Part shown: piece after piece, positions 12,630-27,498 of the stretch
Layout of the letters: every line of letters begins with the position of its first letter
Numbering within the stretch: position 1 is the stretch's first letter
NCBI RefSeq assembly: GCF_037042905.1
Contig: NC_087258.1
Span: forward strand, 27,032,001 to 27,096,000
Direction of reading: 5' to 3'
Source of the DNA: Lytechinus pictus
Lineage: Eukaryota
DNA: 64,000 bases
Program-made: the position numbers and the translations under genes
Notes under the pieces: model-generated
The model's input: only the letters and a program-made list of their open reading frames with translations
What the model was told of the DNA's origin: nothing
The model's database searches: none

Positions 12630-13410
12630 AGAGCATGATTCCAAAAGGAGCTAAATCCACTTTTGACCAAAATTGATTTTTTGACACAAATATATGTATC
12701 TTTGACGTGGGAATTAAATGCAACATTTCGCATTTGAAAATATTTTTGGAAAGGTTAGTAAGAATTGATTGCAAATTTGAATTTTGTTCCAAAAGGAGCT
12801 AAATCCAAAACAGTTTAAAAGGAGCTAACTCCACTATGCGGTTATCTAAAATTGGTTATTGTTCCTAATTTACGTAAAGTTATGCATTCATATTTTTATG
12901 TATATGTTGTGGATACAAGTTTACACCATCAGTGCAAATTTTGCTGAAAATAACAGAATTTTACAATCTTTATGAACATTTTTGGATTTAGTTCCTTTTG
13001 GAATTAAATATTGAAAAGTCACTGTCCTGTGAAAAGATGACAAAATATCATTTTTTTTCGTGGAATTTTCAATGGATATACAACAGAAAATATGTGAAAC
13101 GTATTCTACTAGCCCTATTTATGTGTTTCGTTTTCAATTTCCAATATCAAACATGTTTGAATTGGCAAAAATTGCAATTTTACTAAGGTTTTATTTCCAA
13201 AACGTGCTAAATCCATGAAAAATAAAATTTCAAAATATTTTTTAAATTGATAATAAATGCTAGATTTTTGAAATCATGATTTAATTAATCTAAGATGATA
13301 GTACTATCATATAGATCAAAATTAAACAGCAGTGGATACGGGAAAGAGGTGAATTAAAAAACCTTGATTTACAGAAAAATACCAAGAGTGGATTTAGCTC
13401 CTTTGGAACA
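12630..13410. mobile_element. Non-autonomous DNA transposon with TIRs
   Basis: ttccaaaaggagctaaatccact ... agtggatttagctcctttggaa; absent at the paralogous site near 48560. Confidence 0.7.
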
Positions 13411-16400
13411 AAATAATACAGATGGATCACTCTATTCAGAGTCATTCATAATGATAATGTTCTTCCTAGAGAGGTCTAATGACAGTAATGAGAGAAATAA
13501 TATGACAATATACATGAATAAATGAATAAAAACGTATTTGGGTTATATATACAGTTCAAAACAAAATACTAGTAAGCATAACCCATGAACGCGTGATAAA
13601 CAAAGCATTGATAGGTATAAATATGTTTTGATTTTATATGAATGTTACTATGTTGCCTATAGCTTTCTAATTCATTCTTAAATCTGTCAATATCAGATTT
13701 CATGATATGAACACTATTTTCTTCGAGTTTACTGGTAGGCAAAGGCTGTTTAATAACGTTGGATTTCAACTGGATCTTTTTTATGATAGAACTTGACGCA
13801 AAACTCTGTACATCCTACAATTTAGTTTTAAAAAAGAAACCCAAGTGTATCCGTTAATACTGCGGGTACACTTTTTTTTTTTTCATGAAGACCGTCTCCT
13901 AGTTGGAATACATTCATAATATCGTTTGTAACATACATCATCATAACGATTCATGATATCAGGTAAATATAACTACAAATATAACAAAAATATATATATT
14001 TCTGATTGATTTACTTTAAGCCCCTCTGTACCCACAAAACAAAATCATTCTAAAAATGAAAGATTGTGGAAAGTAAAGTTTCAACTTCAATTTCAATTTA
14101 AAGTGAATAATACAGCGTGACTGATATTTTGATATCATCATGTTCATATTGAAAAAAAAAAACATAATGTGACGTAGTGTGAACATGGTGATGAAAATGT
14201 ACAAATTTTATGTTAAGCAAAGTGATTTTATACTACTGTGATCTTCCTCATAGGAGACAACATAATATACTCTGCACAATATATAGCTAATCATATCTCA
14301 TATAGGCCTGTGATTAAATTTCAAAACTAATAGAAAAGTTCGCTGTGCCGAACAATTATGGCTCATAATTTTATATACAGCTTATCATACCTCATATAGG
14401 CTTATGATCAAATTCCAAAACTAATAGAAAGGTTCGCTGTGCCTAACAATTATGAATCATTAACTGATTAGTCATTACATGATAAATAACATTTTTTTAA
14501 ATATGTTAATGGATATGTACATTCCACGATAACTATTAGAATGTAAAAAAATATATATGTATATATATACATATATATATAATGTATCAACTAATTCGGT
14601 AAAATTCATTGTATTTTCCTCATTTTATCAGAATACCACACCCAATGTAACACAGTGTGAACATAACAAAGAAAATTTTCAAATTTTACACAGTCACTGT
14701 GTTATTTTGGAGCATATTTACAAAGTGATTACATGTTTACATTGCGTTCTTTCATGTTAGTAGGAGATAATAGAGTATACTTTATATACATAATATACAT
14801 GGGATCCTCGTCCTATGCATGTGATCAAATTCAATAGAAACTTTCATTGTGCCTAATAACCTGGTATTGGAGAAGAAACTATTATCGATATTATGACACA
14901 TCACCTGATTAAATGAAGTCATTACATGATAAAATAAACAAAGACACATGGGAGCAAAATGTATCCACACTTTAAGAAAATATGTTGATGGATATGTACA
15001 TTACACGATAACTATTAGAACATGAAAAAAAACATGTGTATAAAATATACTGTAGAAGATATGGCTATGATTCGGGGATGGCGCACATACATGAAAATAA
15101 TATAGACCTAGAGCGCTATAGAGCCCTTTGGTGCGATATTGTCAGATCCCTCAGAAAGGACCTTCAGCCGACGGTTCCCTGGTTATTTACCAACAACCAA
15201 TATTGTTTTCTCAGCATTCTAGTAAATGATCCTCACCAGCAAAAGATATATACAAAGAAATTATTTACATTGTAGATCCATACAGTATTAAAGGGGTCCT
15301 CATGCTAAGGGTGACAAACAAAACAATGAAAACCTGATCAAAATTTGACAAGGATTTTTGAAGCATTGCGTTACTTTGGTGAAAGTGTTATAAGTTTGGT
15401 TACTGCTATCATCATTGTTGAAACTTATTTTACACACATGTATTGTGATGTCCTTTAATGAAATAAGAAAAGGGAAAGTTGGGACCACACATCATCAGCC
15501 CACCTATCACTGGCCATTGCTGGCATATAGCTGTTTAAACAATATATCGTTAAATTTACAAATTGAATAGTTGTTTTATCAGATTTTGATGAAATTTTCA
15601 GCGTTTTACACATTTACACTATACTGTATATATCATAATATATATTCAGATGTTATACTGTTTTCAGGCTGGAATACATATTTTAAAAGATTTTTTTTCT
15701 GATAGCTTTATCACTTCTGTGCCTCATATTATGAATCAGTTTATTATTTATGTCAATAATTATAAATGTGTATGAATAAATGACAAGGATTTGTATTGTA
15801 AATGCACAAATATTACCTGTATTATCTTTTGTTTAGTTGGAAAGGAAACTGAATTTGAATTTGAATACGAAAAAATGATGCTAAATGCACAGTTAAAAAA
15901 ATATAAACAACGCTATTTACTATTTGAATTGAACAGTAGTTGTTTAAACCTTTTAAACAAGTGCTTAAAATCGTAAACAACAAAGTTTAAATTCAAATAT
16001 TTAATGATCAATAAATATTCAAGAATATTTAATCATAGTGGTTGTATTGTAAAAGTTTGTTATAAATGTATGAAAATTACCTGCATTATCCTTTGTTTAG
16101 TTGGAAAGAAAACTAAATTTGAATTTGAATTTGAAAAAAAATATGCTACATGCACTCTTAAAAATAATTTAAACAGCGCTGTTTACTATTTGAATCGCAC
16201 AGTAGTTGTTCAGACATTTTAAATCGTAAACAACCAAGATTAAATTCAAATATTTAATTATTAATAATTTAAGCATAGTTGTTTAAGACTCGTTTTAAAC
16301 ACTTGTTTAAACTGTTTAAACAACTACTGTGCGATTCACATAGAAAACAGCATTGTTTAAATTATTTGTAACAGTGTGTTGAGACAGTGTAGTAGGTGCA

Positions 16401-16418
16401 TGGTTGAGATAATCTGGA

Positions 16419-17783
16419 TTACAGTGATACCTTGATGAAATATAAGTTATTACCACAAGCAAAGGCGAGCATGTCTGGGGAGAGGGAAACCAAGTAACAC
16501 CACCACCAACCCAATGCCATATCTAGTGCTTTGAACTCAACTCTTTCCTTCAAGTTCAGACCATCAAGATCATAGAGTCTGATCACCACCTTACTATTCC
16601 ACCTATCAACACTCGCTACATACACCCTGTCCTGCTCATCCACGGCAGCATACATGAAGACACCCCCTGGAGCTTGTAGAGACTCACCAGCATTCCCATC
16701 CCTGTCATAGACCGTCACCACGCGTGGATCGTCCCAACATGAACTCGTGACGATCAAACCCGTCCTGGTGGTAGATGCCTGATCCGCCTTGTGATTTGTT
16801 TGAACAGCGTGTTTAAGAGTGGATCCTGTCGGGTCATAGATATATACTTGGTTTCCATAGTTAGTAATGATGATTTCATCTGATGGACTTCTGTTAAGTC
16901 TGAGATTATTAGTATTGTCTCCCACCTGGATTGTTGCCTTCCTGGAGCCAAGGGGGGAGTATATATAGGCTTCTTTAGTATGGGATAGCGATACGCATAA
17001 AGATCCATCTTGTTGATAGACAAGATCATTATATTTCACGTCATTGGGTATGTTACTATACTGCTGCTTACCACCATTTGAATCAATGATATCAATACCT
17101 CGTGCATACCACCCATATACGGTACCCACACTGTCGTGTGAGTACCGTGTCATTCCGGACATATATGACCGTAGATTTACACACTGAATGACTTCTATCT
17201 TGGGGTCTGATCCTGAGATGCTCCCGAGGTCAAGACGAGTATCATCTGCTGGCTTGAACCTCTTCTCCTGTGATTTCTTCTTTATGGCTGCCGTAGAAGA
17301 ATGATCAGTATATTCTGAGATGCTCCCGAGGTCAAGACGAGTATCATCTGCTGGCTTGAATCTCTTCCCCTTTGCTTTCTTCGTAATTGCTGACGCAGAA
17401 GTTTGATCGGTAGCCTCCTTCAGCATGGCATCTAGTTCCTCACAGAGCAAGATATGAGCAGATAGAGTGTCTGTCTCAAGATGACCCAGTATAGCATTAT
17501 CTACCAAAGTAATTGAACTACAAATACTCTTGATCCTCTGACGATCTCTTGACTTCAAGACGTTGAGGTCGTCATCAAAACTTCGCTTTATAGCATTGAT
17601 TTGCTCCGTGAGATTTCGAACATTTTCTTCCAGCTCTTTGGCCTTGATGGTGTAGGCTTGCTTGACATCATCTAGTAGTGTCTGCACTGCAGTGTGTACC
17701 TCATGACGTTGTATTTCTATGTTCTGAATGTTCTTTTCCAGCTCTGTTTTCTTGTCAGCACAGCGTTGGGCAAGGTCTTCCAC
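16419..17783 (-). CDS. TRIM copy B exon 2 (coiled coil and NHL-like propeller); full protein 666 aa
   Basis: 454-aa open frame paralogous to copy A exon 2, with the same ttag|GTG acceptor. Confidence 0.9.
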   Translation of the reverse strand: MEDLAQRCADKKTELEKNIQNIEIQRHEVHTAVQTLLDDVKQAYTIKAKELEENVRNLTEQINAIKRSFDDDLNVLKSRDRQRIKSICSSITLVDNAILGHLETDTLSAHILLCEELDAMLKEATDQTSASAITKKAKGKRFKPADDTRLDLGSISEYTDHSSTAAIKKKSQEKRFKPADDTRLDLGSISGSDPKIEVIQCVNLRSYMSGMTRYSHDSVGTVYGWYARGIDIIDSNGGKQQYSNIPNDVKYNDLVYQQDGSLCVSLSHTKEAYIYSPLGSRKATIQVGDNTNNLRLNRSPSDEIIITNYGNQVYIYDPTGSTLKHAVQTNHKADQASTTRTGLIVTSSCWDDPRVVTVYDRDGNAGESLQAPGGVFMYAAVDEQDRVYVASVDRWNSKVVIRLYDLDGLNLKERVEFKALDMALGWWWCYLVSLSPDMLAFACGNNLYFIKVSL

Positions 17784-19791
17784 CTAAGGAATGAAAGTTT
17801 GAAAAGTAAAAACAACGTTTAGGTGTGCAAATATTCCTTTAATGTGAAAATAACAAATTATTTAAAAAGATACCTACTGCAATATTAACAATATTGATGA
17901 TGGTACGTTAAATAGGCTAATTATCAGATACAATACATTTTTGATTGATTGATTGATGGATTGATAACGGATTTATTTCATTTCAAAATTTCATCAAAAT
18001 TACAAAGTAAAGCGAATTGTAATATAACGTAATAAAATGAAATGGAAACCTGAAAAGCAAGCTCGTTAATAAAGGTTTCTTTCAATAAATAAGATATTGA
18101 TACAAGAAGAAAAAAATCAAAATATATAATACACAAATCATCTTATCTTTTTGTAGAAATTATATATAAATCCTTGTAAATTATTAGTTTTTTATCATTT
18201 TCCCCCAAGTAAAAGATAAAAAAGGCTAAACAATATTACAAGATATGACCACAAAAAAACTGAAAAGGATACACGAAAAAAAAACATGACGTGAGCAGAT
18301 TACAAAAAACGGTACAAGAACAAGGCAAGAAAAAACTATACAAGAACAAGACATAAACAAAATGACACAAGAACTGACAAAATATAACAAAAGCAATAAA
18401 ACAACGGACAATAAAACGAGTAAAAGAAAACAAAAGATCAAACAAACAAAGCTGCACAGGTAGATAGAATGAAAAGAGACAGAGAGGGGAAAAGAAGTGA
18501 AATAAAGGGAGGGAGGAGAGAGTGGGAAAGGGAGAATAAGAAATAATAGGAAATCCTCAAAATATCCTTCTGAAATTTTAGGGGTGTTATGATTATTAAA
18601 GGGATTTTGTTCTATGCTATGAATTGTTGTAGGCTTATTTCGTATAGCTTGTGAAAGTGAGTTCCAAGGTTTCATGCCAGAAGATATGACAAGTTTGTTT
18701 GTAAATAATGTCCTTGTTCAAGGTAAATGGAAAATTCCAGCAGATCTATAGCAGAGTAGTGATGAATGTTGAAATTTCTTGAAAACATAGAGTAAAAGTT
18801 TTAATATATTTATCAATATTATAGTATCCAAGTGTTGTGATTTGTTTTATATCAATTTAATTTCGTCATTATTATTATCTTTATTATCGTCAATTATTGT
18901 GTTTATTACACTTACATTTCAAATTAACATTTCTATCTTTAATACCAGAACAATGATGAGAGAAAAATCAAACTAGCATCTCGCTGAAAATTTCATCAAA
19001 ATCGGATGTAAAATGAGAAAGTTATGACATTTTAAATTTCGCGTATTTTTCACAAACCAGTGATATATATGCACAACTCAGTGACATGCAAATGAGACAG
19101 TCGATGATGTCCCTCACTCACTATTTATTTCTTTTTTTTTTATTGTTTTAATTATACAATATTTATAGTTTACAGATTTGACAATAAGGACCAACTTGAC
19201 TGAACTATATAGTATTAAAACAATACTTATTCTACATGGCCGGGAGGTGTATGATGTATCAGTCTCCTCGTTTGCATACCGACCAGGATGGGCATAAAAA
19301 CTGTTTTGTGAAATTAACCGAAATCTAAAATGTCATAACTTTCTTATTTATATCCGATTTCGATGAAATTTTTAGTGTTATTCTTGTCATTTGGATTTTA
19401 CTCTTTTTATTCAAATCAACTTTATGTTGGGGTAGACTTGTCCTTAAATATTGTTAATGTTATTTACATACATGATCATTCCTATTCTTCTCAAAGTCAT
19501 TTTCAGCTCTCTTCATCATCATCATCATCATCATCAATATTCAATTTCATTGTTCTTCTATACAGGTGAGGTTCCATGGGAGCCAAACTTCGGGTGCCGC
19601 CTTGTTCCCCCTCCCCTCCCCTCCCCCCCCCCTCCTCATCCCCCTCCTCCCATCACCCTACCCCTCACCGATCGAGGCGTGTTTTTTTTTCTCATCATTT
19701 TTTTTATCATTGGTATTAATAGTATTGTCAGTGTCAACATTCAATTCAGATTTCTTTTCCACACTATGATCTATTAAATAAATAAAATTAC

Positions 19792-20427
19792 CTTCCGTCG
19801 CAACTCTTGTTCAAAGTCAACCTGGTTCTTGATTTCATGAGCTTTATGACCAACAAGTACACACTTGTGACAGACTTGGACCTTACAATCCTCACAATAC
19901 ATATCCTTGTTCTCAAGTTTGTGGATGGAACACTTCTCGAATAAATGACCAATGCTGACCTTCCCTTCGATGACATCATCCATGGAGACAATCTCATGAT
20001 CTCCAAAGACTACTACAAGCTGTTGATGAGAATGCAGGCACTTATCACACATGTATAAAGTACATGTTCTGCATAATGACACGGCGTCTTTCTGAGACTT
20101 GCAAGCGGTACATTTCTGGCACATCTCAAGGACAGCATTCATCCCTCCACGCTTGGCGTGGTAATCGTCTACGCATCCGTTGATGGAGACATTGAGGCGG
20201 AGATCATCGACACGGTAGGCAGACAACTTGGTGATCTCCCTGCAGAGAGGACAGACCATGTGATCAAGGTCCTGGTGGGTAAGATCGTATTTCTTGAGGC
20301 ATCGCCTACAAAAAGTGTGTCCACATGAAGTTAAGATTGTCGCCTCGACAAATATATCAAGGCATAGCGGACATATCAGGTTCGGTGAAGAGCTTGAAGC
20401 TTTCTCTGATTCCCGCTTCTCAGCCAT
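19792..20427 (-). CDS. TRIM copy B exon 1 (RING-Bbox1-Bbox2)
   Basis: ATG at 20427, intact Zn ligands, donor AAG|gtaatt, 636 nt; intron 17784-19791. Confidence 0.92.
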
Positions 20428-20644
20428 CGCTAAATCAATTTACAAACACGAGATCTAAATTTCAACAACTTACACGCAATGTGTCTATTGATGCATCGAA
20501 ACGTCGATCAATTTTGGGTAACAACGCGTACTTGAATACAAATTCAACTACAAGAGTAAAACATACCAATTTCGAACACCCTATAACAAATAAAATTTGG
20601 TATTCCCAGCTACCTTTGAACTTTAGTGCGTTATTTATTTATTC

Positions 20645-21490
20645 ATGATTATTTCTAGAATTATTTGTATAATGTTTAAACTTGAAGATACGTTAATGCC
20701 AAAGTCTATTATACTATTGTACAATTCTTTCATATTATCTTATTTATCTTATGCTAATATTGCGTGTGGTTATGAAACCGAAAGAAATGTTAATTCCTTA
20801 TTGTTACTGCATAAAAGAGTCATACGAATTTGCACAGGTTCTCCTTACTTAGCCCATACTGATGCAATTATTTTAAAAAAAAATGATCACAAAATATCTG
20901 ATATCAATATCTTACAAAGTGCAAATTTTATGTTCAATAATAATCAATTGGTTCCACGCAGTTTTAATTCAACATTTATACGCAATACCCAGGTTCATGA
21001 ACACAATACCAGAGGTTCCAAGAATTTTCATATTAGTTATCCCAAAACATTCCTTGCTTATAAATCCATTATACATTAAGGACCCAATGTTTGGCACTCA
21101 TTGCCTCATGAAATAAAATAATGTTCTTCGCTCTATTCTTTTAAACGTAATGCCACATATATGTTCTTATTATACATTTAGATCATTTATACATGTATAT
21201 TGTTACACGGGTTTTTCAGTTCCCGATGGGGTAGGGGGTTTAGAACATCCGTACATTTTTTTCTCATGTCATCATTTTAAACCTATGTTATTTTAAATAT
21301 ATGTACTGCCATGATGGCTCTCGGGGTCTGCCTCGTCAAGACCATTCGGTCTTTTGCAGTCTCCCAAATTTCATTATGTATTTATGTATATTTAATTGTT
21401 TCATTTCCAATTAGGTATTTATCTGATATTGCATCTCGTGTTTTTAATGAATGGAATTTGAATAAACATTGATAAATGGAATTGAATTGA
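20645..21490 (+). mobile_element. Decayed LINE RT 3' fragment with UTR and (gaatt)n tail upstream of copy B
   Basis: ORF 20645-21079 LYNSFILSYLSYANIACG...LHKRVIRICTG; aataaa and tail near 21460. Confidence 0.75.
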
Positions 21491-21976
21491 TATGTGCTTT
21501 TCTCACAAATGAGTGCATTGAATACTCCTGCCAAATAGATTTGCCAAGAAAAGCAAAAGCTTGTAGAGAAGGCAAGCCCCTAAACTTAGTTTGAATACTA
21601 TGATAGGAAGAGAGATTGCAAGAGAAGGACGGTGAAAGAAAAGTTTTAGGAGAAGAGGTTGGTGGATATACGAGTGGCTAAATTTATTTTCCTAATCTTA
21701 TCTCACTACTTCAGACACTGAATTGTGCACAATGCAAATATCAAAGGTGTGTCTGGTCTTATTTGACACAAAGATGATGTGGGAGAGTGAATGTGTGAGG
21801 CCAGTGAGGGTGTGTGTGTGTGTGGGGGGTGAGGTGTGTGTGTGTATTTGAGTTATTCAATCAAATATGATTATTTACCTCTAGGACCGACCTTTATCGT
21901 CACCATCCTAAAGACCTGATCACGGCTCGAGTGTGTGAAGTCTAGTCTTCATCCTAGACACGGTAAAATTTGTTAA

Positions 21977-22585
21977 AGGGATGGTCCAGGCTGGAGTTAT
22001 TTTTATCTCAATAAATAGAGTAAAATTCACAGAGCAAAATGCTGAAAATTTTATGAAAATCAGATAACAAATAACAAGGTTATTGAATTTTAAAAATTTG
22101 CATTATTCCTGTGAAACAGTTTTAGGCATGTCTTCATAAATATTCATTAGGTGGGCTGATGATGTTGATCCCCACTTGTTCTTTTGTATTACATTACATG
22201 AAATTAGGTTTATTCAACATTTTTCTGTCAAGAACTAAAATAATTGGATTGACAACTGATTAAGTGCATTAGTTATTTATTGCCGCAACTTATTTCATCA
22301 TAATGGAGACACATCATTTACAACATGTATGAACAAAATGAAACAATCATGATTTCATGTAATAACATATTAAAGAAAAAGGAAAGTGGGAATGTGACAT
22401 CATTAGCTTACCTAATTAATATTCATGACGATGTGCATATAACTGTTTTCACAAAATAATAATAAACTTTAAAATTCAATTACTTCGTTATTTGTTATCC
22501 AATTTTGATGAAATTTTCAGCATTTTTCTTTGTAAATTTTACTCTGTTTATTTAGATATAAATATTTTCAGCCCGGACTATCCCT
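21977..22585. mobile_element. TTAA/Kolobok-like MITE
   Basis: ttaa-agggatggtccaggctg ... cagcccggactatccct-ctaa with long imperfect TIRs. Confidence 0.7.
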
Positions 22586-23858
22586 CTAAAGTATCAAATT
22601 TGAGTCTGTACTTTCAGACTGTTGTTAGATTTGATATGATGGCGTCCTTCAATATTTTGAGATGAGATCAATGAATGTACGGAGAGGGATTTCTGTCCAT
22701 AATACTACCATAAATGTACCAGCATACCTGCCAGCCACCGTTCATCTTTTTTTTATAAAGCCCGTACAACTTCAATCCATTTTAATTAATGACCATTAGT
22801 CAATAATCATTCACCGATTCACAGTAATTTCAAGAGAATTTTCGTCACGTCAGGGGGATGAGACGACCCTCTCACATTTGGTGTACAAAATTCAATTTCC
22901 GAGGGGTAGGGGCTGGCGCCCTCCCCTGGATCCCTGGCTACGTCACCACCTTATAAGCGCTAGTAAAATTCAAATATATAGATTTCCATAATAGGGAGTT
23001 TTTAGCACCACGACGCAGCAAACTTTCAAGAACATAGAAAATATATTGTCAAATGCTATTCATAACAAAGATCAACCAAGAAGTCTTTGTCGAAAATTGG
23101 TGAATCAAAACACCAGTTTCGTTTTGGACTCTCGGACAAACGACATGTTTGTCATTTTTTTTGTCAGCTCAGCCGAAACTTAGAACGAAGTGCTCTTCCG
23201 GTTCACCAATTTTCGACAAAGACCTCTAAGCTGTTCATTGTCATTTGAAGGGCATTTTCAATACATTTACTATGTTCTTGAATATGTTCTGCGTCGTGGT
23301 GCTAAAACTGCCTATTGAGTTGAATTTAACTCAACCTACACGCAATAGTTCTCAGGAATACAAACCTAGCCAATGCGATTAGTTGCATCTAGAACTTTAC
23401 ACTTGCTTATAGTTGCTGTATGTTTTTATCAGTTTTCATGTTTGAACCATTAATCATCCAAAGATTTTATATTTCAACCAAGGAATATATTATTTTCTAT
23501 TGTTTGACGTACTTAGCGCACCCCACAGAGACCATTATGGGTGTCTTTTTATGTGAAACAAATTACAGTTTCAGTATAGTGACACAAGATGGCGCTAGAC
23601 ACCTAACCCCAAGCCAAACATTGAGCTTTCGAGGCTTTCGATTAAGTCTGCTCAATACGAGAGCGGAATATCGTCACCATTCGAAAACATATCGGCTTGA
23701 TACCCTTTTCATGTCGACATGTTAACTTTGTAAGTTGACACAGTGACATATTAGTATATTGCCAAGTCAACTTCAAAAGAATTATCATGTCGTCATGGCA
23801 ACATAATCATCTTACAAAGTGGGCCTAATAAGACACTTTATCGGCATGACCCTTTCTA

Positions 23859-25731
23859 CAGTGCGTCCCCCAAAAAAACTATACACTTTTGAAATGGCTG
23901 CCAGATAAAAAATGTATTTTTTGGGGGGTGAGACTTATATATATGGAAAGCCAATAAAATCAACTTTCAAATGACCCCAAAAAGTTGGAAAACTATTCAT
24001 GCTTGAGCGAGCACTGCCCACTGAAACAAAGGGTATGAAAATAAGAGTGGGCCGGAATTAGCTTTCCAATTTCTTTTAGGTTCTTTTGTTTGGTACTTGC
24101 AAAGTTGAGGGTTAATTGGTGAATTAATGATCAGTTGTGATCAGTTTGTTGTTTGTGAAAATTTCATGCGTTATTGAATAAAAACCTAATGCATGAGTGA
24201 TCATGAATTGTAATTTTTAGTGCAGCATTTTGACTTGATCATGTGGATCTCAGCAATGTGTTCATGAGAATCAGGAGAATAGGGGGTAAGATAGGACTTG
24301 AGTAGGTGAAGTATACGTTGATGAGATAAAGGTCAACATAACATTTAGCAGCCCCTCCCTCCATCTCTACCCCCCCCCCTTCTCTCCTCCTGAGAGACTA
24401 AGCTCAGCTAGGCTTGGCAGGAATTACCCTTACAGTTTTTTTAGTGCATGGTTAGTCCTTTGGAACTTGCAAAGCTAAGGGTGTTAAGCTAAATTAATAA
24501 GTGAGATAAATTTTGGTTTCTTAGGCAAATTTCATGAGTTACTAAATTGAAATTTAATGCATGAGTGAACAGGAATTGTAATTTTAGTGTAGCATATTCA
24601 TCTTGTGGACCTCAGAAGTGTGTTTATGGGAGTCAGAGTAATGTGATCGTATCTGTTACAAGCAAGAGGGCGAGATATGCTACGACTTGGTTAAAAGGGC
24701 ATTCCTCTTCTTTTTTTCCTTTTACCAAATTAAATATCATATGTACCCTCTCCCTTCCACCTCCATTACCCAGCCCCCCCCCCTCCCCCCCCCCCCGCCC
24801 TCTCTCTCTCTCTTTCTCACGGTCTCATTTCCTGGATTGTAGCCTATACAAAACTTAACTGCCAAGATACCGGTGGCTGATGGTCAGTTGTTTTATTGAA
24901 TGATTACCAAGAAATTTACTGATTATGATGATTAATGAAATAATTTATTGACAAAAACTGAATGTTTGATTAATCACATTGCACATTGAATGAGTTTATT
25001 TACTGATAAATTCTTGATTGAATGATTGATAGGAAAAATTTGATGCCCCAATTCAGAATTTATCATTAAGTCAATATTCTGCTCTGGACTTCACGCGTAC
25101 ATGACATCAGTCTCTCAACAGGATGGGAGGGCGGGAAATAGGGAGGGGGCGGGGCAGAATGTTCTGTTGACCCTCATTCCATCAACCTACTTCTCCCACT
25201 TAAGCCCGATCTCCCCCCCCCCTATTCTCCCGACTCCCATGAACACATTGCTGAGATCCACATGATAAAGTTGAAATGCTGCCCAAAAAGAGATCCAAAT
25301 GATAAAGTTAAAATGCTGCCCAAAAAGAGATCCAAATGATAAAGTTAAAATGCTGCCCAAAAAGTGTGATTTGTGTTCACTCATGCATTAAAGTTCAATT
25401 TGATAATTTATGAAATCTGCTTAAACAACCAAAACTGGTCACGGTTGATCATTAATTTATCACAACGCCCTAAACTTTGCAAGTTCCAAAGGATTTGCCT
25501 CTCAAAAACTGACGTAAATTGGAAGGCTAATTCCAGCCCACCCTAATTTTCATACCCTTTGTTTCAGTGGGCAGTGCTCGCTCAAGCTTAAATAGTTTTC
25601 CAACTTTTTGGTGTCATTTGAAAGTTGATTCAATTGGCTTCCATATTATGTGAGTGTTTTTCCCGAAAGTGCTATATTTTTTATTTGGCAGCCATTTTAA
25701 AAGTGTATAGTTTTTTTGGGGGGACGCACTG
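23859..25731. mobile_element. Non-autonomous Tc1/mariner-type element with long TIRs and TA TSD
   Basis: ta|cagtgcgtccccc...ggggacgcactg|ta with several hundred bp of imperfect TIR; empty site ctttcta|gaag at about 11231; internal 3x37-bp repeat at 25253-25363. Confidence 0.85.
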
Positions 25732-27443
25732 TAGAACTTGACTTAACGGGATATCTTATGTCGCCATGTCAACGACTTGTCAACATACCCTACGTCACCA
25801 TGTAGACTTAAAAAGTTAATAATTTGACATAATAAGGCTGTTACTTGGCAAGATGCAATATATTTCCAACTCATCTGGTAGATGGTACTTTAAATCGTCC
25901 CATAATAACAAAATTCCTAAACATTTCTATTTTTTCAAGCGGATGATATTAATATGGAGCGGGCCGGACCTTAACAAAGGTGTTGAGTGCATCATGCTTG
26001 ATTTTAAATTTCGATATATTTTGGAAATCCTTACCACAAGTCGAGGTTAGCATAATGAGCTAGATCATTTTTTTTCCCTTTTCCCTTAAGCAGGAGTAAA
26101 TGGACAATCGCACACAGAGTAGAAACTGTGCCCTTTTGGAAAGCTTGAAAAAAACATTAAGGGAAGGCAAAGGTGGATTTAGAAAACAATACCATTTGTG
26201 TTGTCATAAAATCAGATCAATTTATATACAAATCTACTTCAAATTGATACCCTCAACTTATTCTTCTTTCTTGGTCTTTTATTTTCATCTCTATCCTCTT
26301 CCTTTCCTTCCACCTTCTGCCCTTCTTTCTTTCCAGCTCTCTTCATTATTTATCTTTTGTCTTCTCCCTCTTCTTTCTGTTTCTCTGCTCTTTCCCATTT
26401 TCTTCATCTTATTCTATCCTTTTTATTCCTTCTTCTTTCCATTCATGGGATTTCTCCCTCTCTGCGCTCCTGTTTAATGGTAGGCAAATTTTACTCATGG
26501 TCAAAAGCTGTTTAATGACGTTGGATTTCAACAGTATCGTTTTTTATTTATGATAGAAAATGACGCAAAACTCTGTACATAATCTAACAATTTACTTTTT
26601 AAAAAAGAAACCAAAATGAATTCGTTAATACAGCGGGCACATTTCATGAAGACCGTCTCCTAGATGGAATACATTCAGATCGTTTGTAACATGCATCATC
26701 ATAACGATTCATGATGTTGGGTAAATATAACTACAAATAACAAAAATGTAATTGTTTCTGATTAGTTTACTTTAAGCCCCTCTTTACCCATTAATACCCA
26801 AAATCATTCTCAAAATGAAATATTTGGACATGACACAAACTAATGACATATATACATATTAACGTTAAAAGACTAAATTGCCAATGCAAAGAATAGCTCG
26901 ACTACAATTATTTCCCCTCCAAAAATATTTACACACAAGAAAAGCTCATTTAGGACAGATAATTCAAGCATAATCCTTTAATTTCATGCAGGAAATAAAG
27001 TGTGTGGAGTCAAAATAAGAGTTGTATCAAAATGCAACTTACTTTGCAAAATTTAAACGTACTCTAAAAGAGCGCTTCTCAACCTTTTTTTTTACTCGAG
27101 GACCATTTTGATTCTCACATTTTTTTTAGGCCCACCTACCAAAATTTTAAGAAAGCGATATGATTATTGTCTCGACTCAAAGATAGACAATGATTATAAT
27201 GGGCATATTAGTGCCTATAACATTAGGTAGCCCGGCCTTTGAGCCCCTCCTCCAAACGTATACAACCATGACAACAAAAAAAGGTCAAGTCCAGCCCAGC
27301 AAAATGTTGTTTGAATAAAAAGAGAAAAATCAAACTCGCATAACACTGAAAATTTCATCAAAATCGAATGTAAAATAATAATAATATAGGGTAACGATTT
27401 AGTTGAACTTTGGTTCACAACACAAAAAACAGAAAATAACGAA

Positions 27444-27498
27444 GAGTTACCTCGAAATTTTCGGCTGCTAACTGCAACCTTCGTCAGCGATGTGACCC
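27444..27498 (-). ncRNA. Minimal type I hammerhead ribozyme in the PLE 3' pLTR, overlapping the ORF stop
   Basis: Minus strand: gggucacaucg-CUGACGA-aGGUUGC aguua GCAGCC-GAA-AAUU-U|cgagguaacuc. Stem I has 9 of 11 pairs, stem II has 6 bp, and stem III is the palindromic AAUU typical of PLE minimal hammerheads. Confidence 0.8.
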
